A stretch of DNA of 64,000 bases from a virus, in IMG/VR virus record IMGVR_UViG_3300023179_006341, positions 15,520 to 79,519 of that record. The stretch is one strand, 5' to 3'. The notes under the pieces were generated by a model, which saw nothing but the letters and a program-made list of their open reading frames with translations, had not been told where the DNA came from and ran no database searches. Positions within the stretch are counted from its first letter, which is position 1. Each line of letters opens with the position of its first letter. The translations under genes and the position numbers were made by a program. Shown here piece after piece: positions 46,491-57,311 of this stretch.

Positions 46491-47708
46491 ATGGTAATGG
46501 TTGTTAAAAGCGAATGGCATCAAGTTGAACGAAGAGATGGTATTGACATTGATGTTGATATTTTACAGGAAATTTATCCTGATTATGATGAAGAACAAAT
46601 TCAAGAAATTTTAGATGGTCTTGAATCAGGAGAGCATGATATTGATGAAATTATTAGTGATGCATTTGATAATGATGTTGAACTAGATTGGCAATATCTT
46701 AACCAAGATGATTGGTGGACTGATCGAAAAGGTGGATATGAGATTACATATAAGGTTGAAGATTGGGAATATCGTAAAGAATATGAATCACCAAAAACAC
46801 ATAAATGTACTAAGTGTCGTTGGACAGGTACTAGATGGGAAACTCGTACACTTCATTTAAATGAAGATGGTTCTATACATCAAGAAGATGATTTAGAATT
46901 TGATTCAACTAAAGATGTTTGTCCAATGTGCGATAGTGATGTTGAGCTTACACCTGAAGGTATTGAAATCCAAGAAAAAAGCAATAAGTTAAGCAAAGAA
47001 TTAGACGAAATGTATCCTGACGAAGCAGATGAATCTGAACAGGTTGAAGAAACTGTAGAAACTACTTACCAACGTGTACATCCTGCGGGTGAATATACCA
47101 TTCGTATATGGGGTCGTACATTAGAAGCAGGAATCGGTAATATCACTGAAGCGCAATATGAGTATTGGAGCGATGATGATCACATGTATGACTTAAGTGA
47201 TGCGTTAGATGGTAGTTATGATTACGAAGAAAATAAAGCACCTGAAGATGCAAAGTTTGAGTGTGAAGGGTATTATGATTTTAATGATGTAGCTGATTTT
47301 TATGGATACGAAGAAGATGATGTTCTTATAACCATTACAGATTCAAATAATAATGAAATTTATAGAGGTAATTTTTCAGGTATTTTTGAACTTGGTCATG
47401 GTGATGAGGATACTTATTGGGATTGTAGTGAAGAGGTTGATGAAATGTATCCTAATTCATACGGTAATGGATTTTTCCTCATGTACAAACAAGGTGGAAA
47501 GGGATCTTGTATGCAACATACTATTACTGTAACAGAGGAATTTGATTTAGCTAAATTTAAGATCCATACGGTTGATGTAGATGGAATTAGTCATGTAAAA
47601 ACTGTTTTTTATGGTGATGAAGAACTTGATGATCAAGGTATGGATTCTGAGCATGATAATTGGCGTGGACAGTGGTCTGATTTTCAAGTTCATAAAATCA
47701 ACAGATAA
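46491..47708 (+). CDS. highly acidic protein with CxxC...CxxC zinc finger
   Basis: D/E-rich; CTKC and CPMC. Confidence 0.75.
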   Translation: MVMVVKSEWHQVERRDGIDIDVDILQEIYPDYDEEQIQEILDGLESGEHDIDEIISDAFDNDVELDWQYLNQDDWWTDRKGGYEITYKVEDWEYRKEYESPKTHKCTKCRWTGTRWETRTLHLNEDGSIHQEDDLEFDSTKDVCPMCDSDVELTPEGIEIQEKSNKLSKELDEMYPDEADESEQVEETVETTYQRVHPAGEYTIRIWGRTLEAGIGNITEAQYEYWSDDDHMYDLSDALDGSYDYEENKAPEDAKFECEGYYDFNDVADFYGYEEDDVLITITDSNNNEIYRGNFSGIFELGHGDEDTYWDCSEEVDEMYPNSYGNGFFLMYKQGGKGSCMQHTITVTEEFDLAKFKIHTVDVDGISHVKTVFYGDEELDDQGMDSEHDNWRGQWSDFQVHKINR

Positions 47709-47765
47709 TTATTAATTGTATTAAAAGATGGTTATATAACCACCTTATTATTTTAGGGCTAAAAA

Positions 47766-48017
47766 ATGGGATCGTTTAATCGTAAAATTGTTGAATCGTT
47801 AGATTTACTAAACAAAATATTAGCAGCAATTTTTTTTGTTATGGCTATTACTACCCTTTATGGTGAAATGTTTGATAATTTTACAACAGCAGTAATTTCT
47901 GCTCTTGGTATACTTGTTGTTGGAATTGTTACTTGTGGATACACTGCAATCCTTATTAACGTTAATCAAAACATAGAAGCAATACGTGAACATTTTACTC
48001 CATCCGAAAAGGAATAA
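47766..48017 (+). CDS. two-TM membrane protein
   Basis: Hydrophobic helices. Confidence 0.65.
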   Translation: MGSFNRKIVESLDLLNKILAAIFFVMAITTLYGEMFDNFTTAVISALGILVVGIVTCGYTAILINVNQNIEAIREHFTPSEKE

Positions 48018-48019
48018 TA

Positions 48020-48262
48020 ATGCGTAAATATGTTGATTTTTTAATTTGGCAAGTTAGTCAATTTGATAAAATTACTTGGGTATTTTGGTTGACTTTTACA
48101 CCTGCTATTATAGCTATGCTATTCGGTGAAATTGTTATTGGAACAGTTCTTGTAACAGGTTTTCTTTTAGTTGCAAGTGGTGCAATGCTTACTGAACGTA
48201 TTAAAAGCAATTACGAAAAGTATAAACGTATTAAAGATGCTACTGAACAAAGTCCTTTCTAA
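48020..48262 (+). CDS. two-TM membrane protein
   Basis: Hydrophobic helices, AAGGA RBS. Confidence 0.65.
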   Translation: MRKYVDFLIWQVSQFDKITWVFWLTFTPAIIAMLFGEIVIGTVLVTGFLLVASGAMLTERIKSNYEKYKRIKDATEQSPF

Positions 48263-48708
48263 TGAGCGAAACAATTTATAAAAAAGTTGGTAGGAAATAT
48301 GTACCAATCAAAGAATTTGACTCTGCATACAATGCAGGATTCCCAAAAGGATGTCATCTTGTTATTTGCGAACCAGGCAAACATCTTTACAAATACAATA
48401 TAGAACCTGAACTCGCTCCACTGATAGCAGCATCAACCTATGCTAGAGAGGCAATAAGCAAAACTATACAAGAATCATTAGCAATGCGCCCATCTAGTGT
48501 GCTTCTTACTGAAGAACAAAAAAATGCGTGGGTAGAACTATCCAAAGCATTTGGTGATGAATGTCATCCGCTACAATATCCTAGCATCTATGAAGCAGTT
48601 GAAAATGGATTATATGCTATGGTAAAAGAAGCTTCGGCTAAACTTCAAAACCCAACAGTCAAAGCTGCATATGATAATTTTATGCTAGTTTATCAACTCA
48701 CAAAATGA
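48262..48708 (+). CDS. hypothetical phage protein
   Basis: Coupled ORF; YKKVGRKYVP. Confidence 0.7.
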   Translation: MSETIYKKVGRKYVPIKEFDSAYNAGFPKGCHLVICEPGKHLYKYNIEPELAPLIAASTYAREAISKTIQESLAMRPSSVLLTEEQKNAWVELSKAFGDECHPLQYPSIYEAVENGLYAMVKEASAKLQNPTVKAAYDNFMLVYQLTK

Positions 48709-48914
48709 TATCCTTTTTATATAGGATAATGTTTTTTTGTATTATTGCACTTGCCATGCGCAATTTATTATTGTTTTTTGATAAAAATTATGCAGACAAA
48801 AAAGTTTTACCTCAGAATGAATTAAGATATTATCATACAGATAACTCGGCACTTTGTGCCGATGGTGTAAGAAAGTATGGCTTTTGCAGTCAAAAACATG
48901 ATAAATAATATTCT

Positions 48915-50510
48915 ATGTTCAAAGATTTTTTTACTTATAGTAGGTTTACTTTATTTGTTGCTTTAGCCATTAGTGTAATTGCTGCTTATTATAGTATAAT
49001 TGGATTGACTGCAATTTTTGCAGGTGCATTTATATCTATTATTGTGATGGGCAGTGTACTTGAAGTAGCTAAAGTAACCACTACAGTGTGGTTACACATG
49101 TATTGGAACCGTTCAGGATGGGTTATTAAAACTTATCTTACGAGTGCAGTAATTTCCTTAGCTTTTTTAACAAGTATGGGCATTTTTGGTTACTTGTCAA
49201 AAGCACATATTGATCAGGGTATACCCACAGGTGATGTTGCTGCACAAGTTGCTTTATTAGATGAAAAAATTAAAACAGAACGTGAAAATATTGAAACTGC
49301 AAGAAAAGCATTACAGCAAATGGATAGTCAAATTGATCAATTGTTATCACGTGGTACAACTGAACAAAATGCTGAACGAGCAGTTACGATACGTAGGCAA
49401 CAAGCGAAAGAACGTACTGCTTTACAAAATGACATTGCAAAATCACAACAAGTTATAAAACAATTTAATGAAGAACGTGCACCTATTGCTACTCAATTAC
49501 GTCAAGTTGAAGCGGAAGTTGGTCCAATTAAATACATTGCAGCACTAATATATGGTGATAACCCTGATGCATCATTACTAGAACGTGCAGTACGTTGGGT
49601 AATTATATTAATTGTAGCAGTATTTGATCCTTTAGCTATAATATTAATTTTAGCTGCTAATAATTCACTTAAATGGGAACGTGAAGATCGAATACAAAAA
49701 CGTAAAGAAGAAGATGAAGAAAGTTATAAACCTGATGCATGGGTAGCTGACGTAGGTGCACCTCCTACAAAAGAGGAGCTAGAAGAACCTAAATACGAAC
49801 CCGATGATGGTCCGTTATCTCAAGAACAATTAGATCAGATTAAAGAATCTGTTGAAGAAAACCTTAAACCAAAACAAGTTGAACAAGTATATTTAAACAA
49901 ACCATGGATTGATAGGGTTCCTGGTATAAGCTTTCCACCACAAGTTTACAAACCAAAAGAAGATGAATTAACAAAAGAAGATGAATTAACAATAGATTCA
50001 GAATTAACCGCTGATTCAACCAATATACCTCAGAATGATGATTTTAAATTTAAACCTGTGCCCCTAACTAAAAACAATGATGATATTATTACAGAAAACA
50101 TTACTAAACTTAAACCATTATTTAAGTCTACAGATGAATATGTATCTTTTGAGGGTAAAAGCACAAGTATGGCTGCATTAAAAGGATTACGCCCTGATTT
50201 AATTTATCCTGCAGATAAATCGTGGCCTAATCAAATAAATTTTGGTGCTAAATTTCCTGATGAAGCGTTGAGCGGTGATACATTTATACGTATTGATAGA
50301 ATTCCACATATAGTATATAAATTTAATGGAAGTAAATGGATTGTAGTAGATAAACAACAAAACAGTACCTATCTATCTAATCAAAACTATGTTGAATTTA
50401 TTGTAGAATGTTTAAAACATGGTACTTTAGACATTGATTCACTTACTGAAATTGAAAGAGATGAAGTTGAACATCATCTTTCACTTGACAAAATATCTAA
50501 AATAAACTAA
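48915..50510 (+). CDS. membrane protein with coiled coil and Pro/Glu-rich linker
   Basis: 3 N-terminal TMs, GIFGYLSKAH, VGPIKYIA, VFDPLA. Confidence 0.78.
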   Translation: MFKDFFTYSRFTLFVALAISVIAAYYSIIGLTAIFAGAFISIIVMGSVLEVAKVTTTVWLHMYWNRSGWVIKTYLTSAVISLAFLTSMGIFGYLSKAHIDQGIPTGDVAAQVALLDEKIKTERENIETARKALQQMDSQIDQLLSRGTTEQNAERAVTIRRQQAKERTALQNDIAKSQQVIKQFNEERAPIATQLRQVEAEVGPIKYIAALIYGDNPDASLLERAVRWVIILIVAVFDPLAIILILAANNSLKWEREDRIQKRKEEDEESYKPDAWVADVGAPPTKEELEEPKYEPDDGPLSQEQLDQIKESVEENLKPKQVEQVYLNKPWIDRVPGISFPPQVYKPKEDELTKEDELTIDSELTADSTNIPQNDDFKFKPVPLTKNNDDIITENITKLKPLFKSTDEYVSFEGKSTSMAALKGLRPDLIYPADKSWPNQINFGAKFPDEALSGDTFIRIDRIPHIVYKFNGSKWIVVDKQQNSTYLSNQNYVEFIVECLKHGTLDIDSLTEIERDEVEHHLSLDKISKIN

Positions 50511-50545
50511 TATTATTGTCAGTTAATCAATTTATGGAGATTCAA

Positions 50546-51229
50546 ATGAAAAAAGCATTGCTTGGTCTTTCAGTAATGGCAGTATTTCTTGGTGGTTGTT
50601 CTACTGCAAATAAGCTGATGAGTGACGGAGGTATCTCAAGTGGACCACAAACGGCAATAAGTGAACAACGTATTACCCAAGATTTTAAAAGACGTGGTAT
50701 TAAAGTTGAATATAGTATGTTTTTCCGTGAAATCAAATCTATCGAGGTAACAGGATACGCACCTGTATGGGGTAATAGTCCAAGTGCTACAGAAAGTGCA
50801 TATAAAGTTGCTGAACTTGATGCTAAGAAAAAACTTATTGATTTTATTTACAAAGAAATAGTTAATAGTGATACTAGTGTTAATATGATTAGTAAAGCAC
50901 TTGAACGTGGACGTGACCAAAAAACTAATCGTATTGCTAGTAACTATGATAATCAAAGTGTATCTATTAGTGACATTGATGTTGAAGGTAAATCTACTCA
51001 ACCTCAAGGTTCTCCGCAAAATATTAATGTAGCAACTCGTAATGATGCAGTTGAAATTGCTACTACTATGAATAGTTTTATTCGTTCTAATAACAAGGGA
51101 ATTCTAAGTGGGTTACGATTGGTTGATAATGCGGTTCTTGATAGTGGTAAAGTAGTTAGTGTTGTATATCGTTGGGACGCAAAACATACAGGTGATATTC
51201 AGGACATTCGTCGTATGATGACTAGATAA
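50546..51229 (+). CDS. lipoprotein (LPP20-like)
   Basis: LGGC lipobox after GGAG RBS; A...A.LDAK..L. Confidence 0.7.
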   Translation: MKKALLGLSVMAVFLGGCSTANKLMSDGGISSGPQTAISEQRITQDFKRRGIKVEYSMFFREIKSIEVTGYAPVWGNSPSATESAYKVAELDAKKKLIDFIYKEIVNSDTSVNMISKALERGRDQKTNRIASNYDNQSVSISDIDVEGKSTQPQGSPQNINVATRNDAVEIATTMNSFIRSNNKGILSGLRLVDNAVLDSGKVVSVVYRWDAKHTGDIQDIRRMMTR

Positions 51230-51230
51230 T

Positions 51231-52322
51231 ATGAAAAAGTTACTTGCTAGTTTATTGATAATAGTGCCAACCATAGTTTTTGCTGACGCTTGGATTGTGA
51301 TTAGTGTAACTAAATTCATTGTTGAAAACCTACCAAATACGCCACTTACACAAAAAGTACGTGTTAAAGGTGAATCTGATACTGCTGATAATGCGTTACA
51401 AGGTGGGTTTCGTGAAGCATGTAATCAAACATGGGGTAGTAGTGTAATTAGTGATCGTAGTGCGGTGAATGGTCGGTTGAGTACGGATCGTGTAGCCTCA
51501 AGTAGTAGTTGCTTTGTGAAAAATTATACAATTTTGGATAGATCATCTTATACTAATAACGTGGGAGATAAACGTTACGTAATCGAAATGGAAGTAGTAA
51601 CATCACCAAATAGTATCGATAGTAGATTACTTGGTGATAGTAATAAAATGAATAATATTCAAGGTGATCAACACCAAGCTGCTATACAATCATTATTAAA
51701 CAGTAGAAAAAACCAAGATAATTTAATTAAAGCCTATTTTAATTATTATCCTGAAGGTGCATTTGATATCACTGTTCATAATTTAGAAAGTGGAGTCAAT
51801 AATAGGCAATCATTTCTTAAAATTAATTATGAATATAAATTAAGTTATAAATTTATGCATGGATTATGGTCATTATTACACATAATGAAAGTACCAACTA
51901 ATTTCACCATGTTTGATCAACGATGTAATGATCCTGCATGTGTTGCACATTATGCAAGAAATTCAAATGGTATTCGTAGCGTGAAATTAACTATGCGGGA
52001 AAGTGGTAATATTATTGGTGAATCTGATTTGATTACCCTAAATGAAGGTAATTATAAAGAATTGCAAAATTCGATGAAACAATCAAGTGCAAGTATCCAA
52101 TTTAGTTTTCTAGATGCATCAAATAATATTTTAATCCAAGTTTGTGATCGTAATATTCAAAATAATAATGTATTATTAGAAGGTAATGGAACAGGATTAA
52201 TTCGTGGTGATCGTTGGGAAAAAAATTCACTTATGATTATGTTATCGAATAGTGATTTAAACAATCTAAAAAATTATCACAGGTTAGAAACAAAAGCAGT
52301 ACGCAATTGTCAAGGAAGATAA
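51231..52322 (+). CDS. secreted/periplasmic hypothetical protein
   Basis: Signal peptide MKKLLASLL..VFA. Confidence 0.7.
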   Translation: MKKLLASLLIIVPTIVFADAWIVISVTKFIVENLPNTPLTQKVRVKGESDTADNALQGGFREACNQTWGSSVISDRSAVNGRLSTDRVASSSSCFVKNYTILDRSSYTNNVGDKRYVIEMEVVTSPNSIDSRLLGDSNKMNNIQGDQHQAAIQSLLNSRKNQDNLIKAYFNYYPEGAFDITVHNLESGVNNRQSFLKINYEYKLSYKFMHGLWSLLHIMKVPTNFTMFDQRCNDPACVAHYARNSNGIRSVKLTMRESGNIIGESDLITLNEGNYKELQNSMKQSSASIQFSFLDASNNILIQVCDRNIQNNNVLLEGNGTGLIRGDRWEKNSLMIMLSNSDLNNLKNYHRLETKAVRNCQGR

Positions 52323-52330
52323 GTAAATAT

Positions 52331-53587
52331 ATGGGAGATGTATATCATTTTCAAGAATGTAGTTTTTGTGGAAAACACAAAAATGTTGTTAAAAAACTTA
52401 TAGTAGGTGAAGGTACGGCTATTTGTAGCGATTGTGTAGAATTGTGTAATGATTTATTAAAAGATGAAGAACCAATTGAGGAAAATATTCCTCGAAAAGT
52501 AAGTTTTTATGCTGATGATATCAAAGTATTTTTAGATAATTATATTATTGGTCAAGATGCTGCTAAAATATTACTTAGTGTAGCTGTAGCTAATCATTAT
52601 AAACGTATTACTGCAGATACTAAAGAATTAGAAATTCAAAAAGCAAATGTACTAATTCTTGGTCCTAGCGGTGGTGGTAAGACGTTAATGGCAAAAACTG
52701 TAGCAAAATATTTAGATGTTCCTTTTGTCATTGCAGATGCAACATCATTGACTGAGGCAGGTTATGTAGGTGATGATGTTGAAAGCATGATTCAAAGATT
52801 AGTTGCCGCTGCTGATGGAGATATTGAAAGAGCACAACGAGGAATTGTTTTTGTCGATGAAGTTGATAAGATTGCACGTAAAAGTGAAAGTGCAAGTATT
52901 ACACGTGATGTAAGTGGTGAAGGAGTTCAACAAGCATTATTAAAACTTGTTGAGGGTACATTATGTCGTGTTCCACAACAAGGAAAACGCAAACATCCTA
53001 ATAACGATATGTTAGAAATTGATACAAAAAATATATTGTTTATTGCAGGAGGAGCATTTGTAGGATTATCTGATATTATTTCAAGAAGAATGCATGGCAA
53101 TAGTATTGGATTTTCTGCACAAGTTGGACATACAGTGACAATGGATGAAATTCTTTCACAGGTTACACCTGATGATTTAACAAAATATGGCATGATTCCT
53201 GAATTTACAGGAAGATTTACTTGTAGAGTATCAATTAATGAATTAACTAAAGAACAATTGATACAAATTTTAACTCAAGTTAAGAATAATTTTATTGAAC
53301 AATATCAATATTTGTTAAGTCTTGATGAAATAGAATTAAAATTTACACCCTCTGCTATCGAACAAATTGCTGAAAATTGTCTTGCATTAAAAACAGGTGC
53401 ACGTGGCTTACAAAGTGAAGTTGAGCGTGTTTTATTAAATATTATGTTCAATAGTAAATATTTAAAAGGTAAAAAAATTCAAATTGATAAAATGGATGTG
53501 ATCAATCCTGAATTGCTAAATAAACATTGGGAACTTAAGCAAAATGAAACATACTTAGGTTCTATTTTAAAAAAAGGTAAAAAATGA
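52331..53587 (+). CDS. clpX: ATP-dependent Clp protease ATPase ClpX
   Basis: CSFC..C..C zinc domain, [28 protein letters not shown]. Confidence 0.95.
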   Translation: MGDVYHFQECSFCGKHKNVVKKLIVGEGTAICSDCVELCNDLLKDEEPIEENIPRKVSFYADDIKVFLDNYIIGQDAAKILLSVAVANHYKRITADTKELEIQKANVLILGPSGGGKTLMAKTVAKYLDVPFVIADATSLTEAGYVGDDVESMIQRLVAAADGDIERAQRGIVFVDEVDKIARKSESASITRDVSGEGVQQALLKLVEGTLCRVPQQGKRKHPNNDMLEIDTKNILFIAGGAFVGLSDIISRRMHGNSIGFSAQVGHTVTMDEILSQVTPDDLTKYGMIPEFTGRFTCRVSINELTKEQLIQILTQVKNNFIEQYQYLLSLDEIELKFTPSAIEQIAENCLALKTGARGLQSEVERVLLNIMFNSKYLKGKKIQIDKMDVINPELLNKHWELKQNETYLGSILKKGKK

Positions 53588-53793
53588 AAGTAGTTATTCG
53601 TGAAGGGCAATCTTTTGAAAGTGGAATTCGTAAATTCAAGAAAAAAGTTCTTGAAAGTGGAATTCTACAAGAATTACGTGATAGACAAGAATACATAAAA
53701 CCAAGCATTGCTCGTAAAATTTCTAAAGGAAAAGCAGTTAGTCGTTGGAGAAAATATTTAAGAACCCAGGAATTACCAACTAAAATGTATTAA
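53584..53793 (+). CDS. rpsU: ribosomal protein bS21
   Basis: FESGIRKFKKKV..LRDRQEYIKPS. Confidence 0.88.
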   Translation: MKVVIREGQSFESGIRKFKKKVLESGILQELRDRQEYIKPSIARKISKGKAVSRWRKYLRTQELPTKMY

Positions 53794-53951
53794 TTTTAAG
53801 GAGATTATTATGAATGAACAATCTTTGAAATATGTTAACTTAGAAGTTACTCCCGAAGAAGAAGAAGCATGGCAAAACTTTTTAGTAAAATTTTATGATA
53901 ATCCTCCAAAAAAAGATTATATAGACATAATTATACCTAAGGAGAGTAACA

Positions 53952-55346
53952 ATGGCATACAGTAGCCAAGTATTAGATCATTATGAAAACCCAAGAAATG
54001 TAGGTTCATTTAGCAAAGATGATGAATCTGTTGGAACAGGAATGGTGGGAGCACCTGCTTGTGGTGATGTAATGAAGTTGCAGATTAAAGTAGAAGATGG
54101 CGTTATCACCGATGCAAAGTTTAAAACATATGGATGTTTAACGAGCAATGCAGAAGTAAATACTCCAACAAAAGCAATCAAAATTTCAAATCTTAGAGTT
54201 GGTGATGAGGTACTTGCTTGGAATGGGAAAAATATAGTTAATCAAAAAATACGAGAAATAATAAAACATTCAGTTACTCCTAGTGATTTATTAAAAATAA
54301 CATTTCAAAGAGAAAGTTATAGAAAAAATACAAACCCAAATACTTTTTCCATAATATGCACAAAAGAACATGTTTTTTGGAATTCAGACAATAATCCAAT
54401 TTTAGCCGAAGATTTAAAACTTGGACAAGAATTATACGAAATTACGGAATACGAATTAAGAAAATTGACAAATATCAGGCATAGGTCTGAATTAAAAACT
54501 AAAAATAGTAATAGAATGAAAAAATTTAATAAAAATTTTGACCATTCAGTATTGCCACAAAATCAAAAAGGCTATAAACATAGCGAAGATTTTTGCCAAA
54601 AAATTTCAAATGCATCGATTAAATTGTGGCAGAACCCTAACTATAAATTAAATTGGGCTAAAGGCATGTCGAAAATAGATTATTCTCAACCTACTTCTCT
54701 TGAAAAAAAATTTATAGATTTATTTGAAAAAAATAATATAGGGGCCAAATATACTGCAGGAAAAATTTGGATACAAACAAATAGTGGGCCTGCTAGTCCT
54801 GATTTTATAATCCCTGGTAAAAAAAAATGTATTGAAGTATATACAAAGCAACTTCCAACTTTTATGCAGGATAGATCAGAAACATCAAATTATATTTCAG
54901 AAAGAAGCAAACAATTAAGTACTGCAGGGTATGAAAGTTTATTTATAGCGGTTGAAGATATTGATAATTGTTTATCATCAATTCAAAATTTTATTCATAA
55001 TGGAATGAAAATAGTGGGTATTAAACCAATTTCACACTTTAATGAATTACGTGGTTGCCTTCGTGATAATAAAAATGTAATTGTTTATGATCTTAAGTTA
55101 GAAGATGGGGCACATGTATTTTTTACAAATCGTGTCGGTTCGCATAATTGTGGATCAGCTATAGCAAGTAGTTCATTGGTTACAGAATGGGTCAAAGGAA
55201 AAACTATTGACCAAGCATCTACTATACGAAATACTCATATAGCTGAAGAATTGGCTCTCCCGCCAGTCAAGATCCACTGTTCGATCCTAGCAGAGGATGC
55301 TATTAAAGCGGCAATTGAAGATTACAAAAATAAACACAATGTGTGA
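53952..55346 (+). CDS. iscU: Fe-S scaffold IscU with a 338-aa endonuclease-containing intein
   Basis: DHYENPRN, APACGD, KTYG|C...HN|CGSAIASSS, LPPVKIHCS; spliced product 126 aa. Confidence 0.93.
   Translation: MAYSSQVLDHYENPRNVGSFSKDDESVGTGMVGAPACGDVMKLQIKVEDGVITDAKFKTYGCLTSNAEVNTPTKAIKISNLRVGDEVLAWNGKNIVNQKIREIIKHSVTPSDLLKITFQRESYRKNTNPNTFSIICTKEHVFWNSDNNPILAEDLKLGQELYEITEYELRKLTNIRHRSELKTKNSNRMKKFNKNFDHSVLPQNQKGYKHSEDFCQKISNASIKLWQNPNYKLNWAKGMSKIDYSQPTSLEKKFIDLFEKNNIGAKYTAGKIWIQTNSGPASPDFIIPGKKKCIEVYTKQLPTFMQDRSETSNYISERSKQLSTAGYESLFIAVEDIDNCLSSIQNFIHNGMKIVGIKPISHFNELRGCLRDNKNVIVYDLKLEDGAHVFFTNRVGSHNCGSAIASSSLVTEWVKGKTIDQASTIRNTHIAEELALPPVKIHCSILAEDAIKAAIEDYKNKHNV
54135..55148 (+). mobile_element. 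intein with Vsr/DUF559-like endonuclease
   Basis: CLT start, CTKEH block B, VYDL block F, SHN end; internal TSLE..PDF..IEV. Confidence 0.9.
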
Positions 55347-55399
55347 TTAGCTCCTAATATGGGGTGTAAAGCCAAAAATGACTTTATGTAAAAGTTAAA

Positions 55400-55600
55400 A
55401 TGATCATATTCTTTGTAGTATTTTTTATTATTGGTATTATATTTTTAATGAGTTCAAAGTGGAATGTTGATGCTCAAGTAAAACTTAGTATGCCACCACA
55501 AAATGTAGAAATGATAAACCAAGAACTTGATAAACGTGAAGAAGTTGGTGTATTATTTCTACTCTTATCAGCATTTTTTCTTATTTTTTTAATTATTTAA
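55400..55600 (+). CDS. small two-TM protein
   Basis: Two hydrophobic ends. Confidence 0.55.
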   Translation: MIIFFVVFFIIGIIFLMSSKWNVDAQVKLSMPPQNVEMINQELDKREEVGVLFLLLSAFFLIFLII

Positions 55601-55610
55601 AAGGATTTCT

Positions 55611-56690
55611 ATGCGTATAGAAGATGAAATCAAGCTTGATTTCAAGGATGTATTAATTCGTCCAAAACGTAGTACTCTATCAAGTCGCAAACAAGTTGAG
55701 TTAACAAAATATTATAAGTTTAAACACAGTCGTTATGAATACACAGGTGTTCCTATTATAGCTGCAAATATGGATGGTGTTGGTACACCACAAATGGTCA
55801 CTGCACTATCTAAACAACAAATGTTTGTGTGTCTTGTAAAAACATTAGAATTAGCTGATTATAAATCTATAGTTGATAATCATCATCCCGATAGTTACGC
55901 TGTAAGTACGGGAACTAGTGAAAAAGATTTTGTTAGGTTATCCTCAATATTAAATGAATATTCAAAAATACAATTTATCTGTATCGATGTTGCCAATGGT
56001 TATAGTGAACATTTTGGCGATTACGTTGAAGAGGTACGTAATGCATACCCCGATAAAACCATTATTGCGGGTAATGTTGTTACCGCAGACATGACGCAAG
56101 AATTAATATTACGTGGAGCAGATATTGTAAAGGTAGGGATTGGTCCAGGCAGTGTCTGTACAACTCGTTTGCAAACAGGTGTAGGATATCCTCAATTATC
56201 AGCAATCATCGAATGTGCAGATGCTGCTCATGGTTTGGGTGCTCATATCATTGCAGATGGTGGATGCACCTGCCCAGGCGACGCCGCTAAGGCATTTGGT
56301 GCAGGAGCGGATTTTGTAATGCTTGGTTCTATGTTAGCAGGACATGATGAAGGTGGCGGTAAAGTAATACATAAATCATATTTGTTAAATGAATTAAGCA
56401 ACCAAGAAGGCACACAATACGTTGAAACTAAAGATTTCGTACAATTTTATGGTATGAGTAGTAAGACTGCCATGGATAAACATCATGGTGGTGTAGCAGA
56501 ATATCGTTCATCAGAAGGTAGAACAGTTGAAATACCATACAAAGGTGCAGTAAAAAATACCATACAAGATATTTTAGGTGGTTTACGTAGTACATGCACT
56601 TACGTTGGCGCAGAAAACCTAAAACAACTACCAAAATGTACTACATTTATTCGTGTCAATCGTCAAATTAATGACGTTTATCTAAAATAA
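55611..56690 (+). CDS. guaC: GMP reductase
   Basis: [38 protein letters not shown]. Confidence 0.95.
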   Translation: MRIEDEIKLDFKDVLIRPKRSTLSSRKQVELTKYYKFKHSRYEYTGVPIIAANMDGVGTPQMVTALSKQQMFVCLVKTLELADYKSIVDNHHPDSYAVSTGTSEKDFVRLSSILNEYSKIQFICIDVANGYSEHFGDYVEEVRNAYPDKTIIAGNVVTADMTQELILRGADIVKVGIGPGSVCTTRLQTGVGYPQLSAIIECADAAHGLGAHIIADGGCTCPGDAAKAFGAGADFVMLGSMLAGHDEGGGKVIHKSYLLNELSNQEGTQYVETKDFVQFYGMSSKTAMDKHHGGVAEYRSSEGRTVEIPYKGAVKNTIQDILGGLRSTCTYVGAENLKQLPKCTTFIRVNRQINDVYLK

Positions 56691-56724
56691 TAGCATTTAT
56701 TGCGAAAATATGAATAATATATAA

Positions 56725-56791
56725 GGGTGTAGATGCCAATGGTTGGGTCTACATTTAAAAGTCATCTTGCTTAATAAAAAGGAGAAATAAT
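56725..56791 (+). promoter_or_regulatory. ROSE-like RNA thermometer in the hsp20 5' UTR
   Basis: TCTTGCTT (56765-72) pairs with SD AAGGAGA (56779-85) with a bulged G; upstream hairpin 56725-56756. Confidence 0.7.
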
Positions 56792-57241
56792 ATGACAAAT
56801 CTTACACTTCGTTCGTTTGATATTCCTACAATCACAAAATTTGGTATTGGTTTTGACCGTATGTTTGATGAGCTTTCACGTTTACAAGAAGGCACAGTAA
56901 CAACCAATTATCCTCCATATAATATCATTGAGGTAACTGATGATAAGTATATTATTGAACTTGCAGTAGCAGGTTTTAAAGAGGGTGATATTGATATTAC
57001 GGTACATAATCGTCAGTTGACTATAAAAGGACAACGCAAAGTAGCAACCATAGAGGGTGAAGAAACCAAATACATACATCAAGGAATTGGGTCACGTTCA
57101 TTTGTTCGTAGTTGGCCTATTGCTGAGTATGTTGAGGTAACAAGTGCCATTCAAGAGAATGGTATTTTAAGTGTAACTTTAGAGCGTAAAGTTCCTGAAG
57201 AAAAGAAACCAAAATCTATTGAAATCACTTATACAAAGTGA
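56792..57241 (+). CDS. small heat-shock protein Hsp20/IbpA-like
   Basis: IGFDRMF, NYPPYNI, ELAVAGF, HQGI..R.F, NGIL, IEI tail. Confidence 0.93.
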   Translation: MTNLTLRSFDIPTITKFGIGFDRMFDELSRLQEGTVTTNYPPYNIIEVTDDKYIIELAVAGFKEGDIDITVHNRQLTIKGQRKVATIEGEETKYIHQGIGSRSFVRSWPIAEYVEVTSAIQENGILSVTLERKVPEEKKPKSIEITYTK

Positions 57242-57311
57242 TAAAATAATAAATACAGAGGTAAACAACGTATTTTTATACGTTGTTTCCTCATAATTAA
57301 GAGGGATTTTT

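Noticed and set aside
49956-49992. 18-bp tandem duplication (KEDELT x2)
   Set aside because: Ordinary slippage in a low-complexity linker
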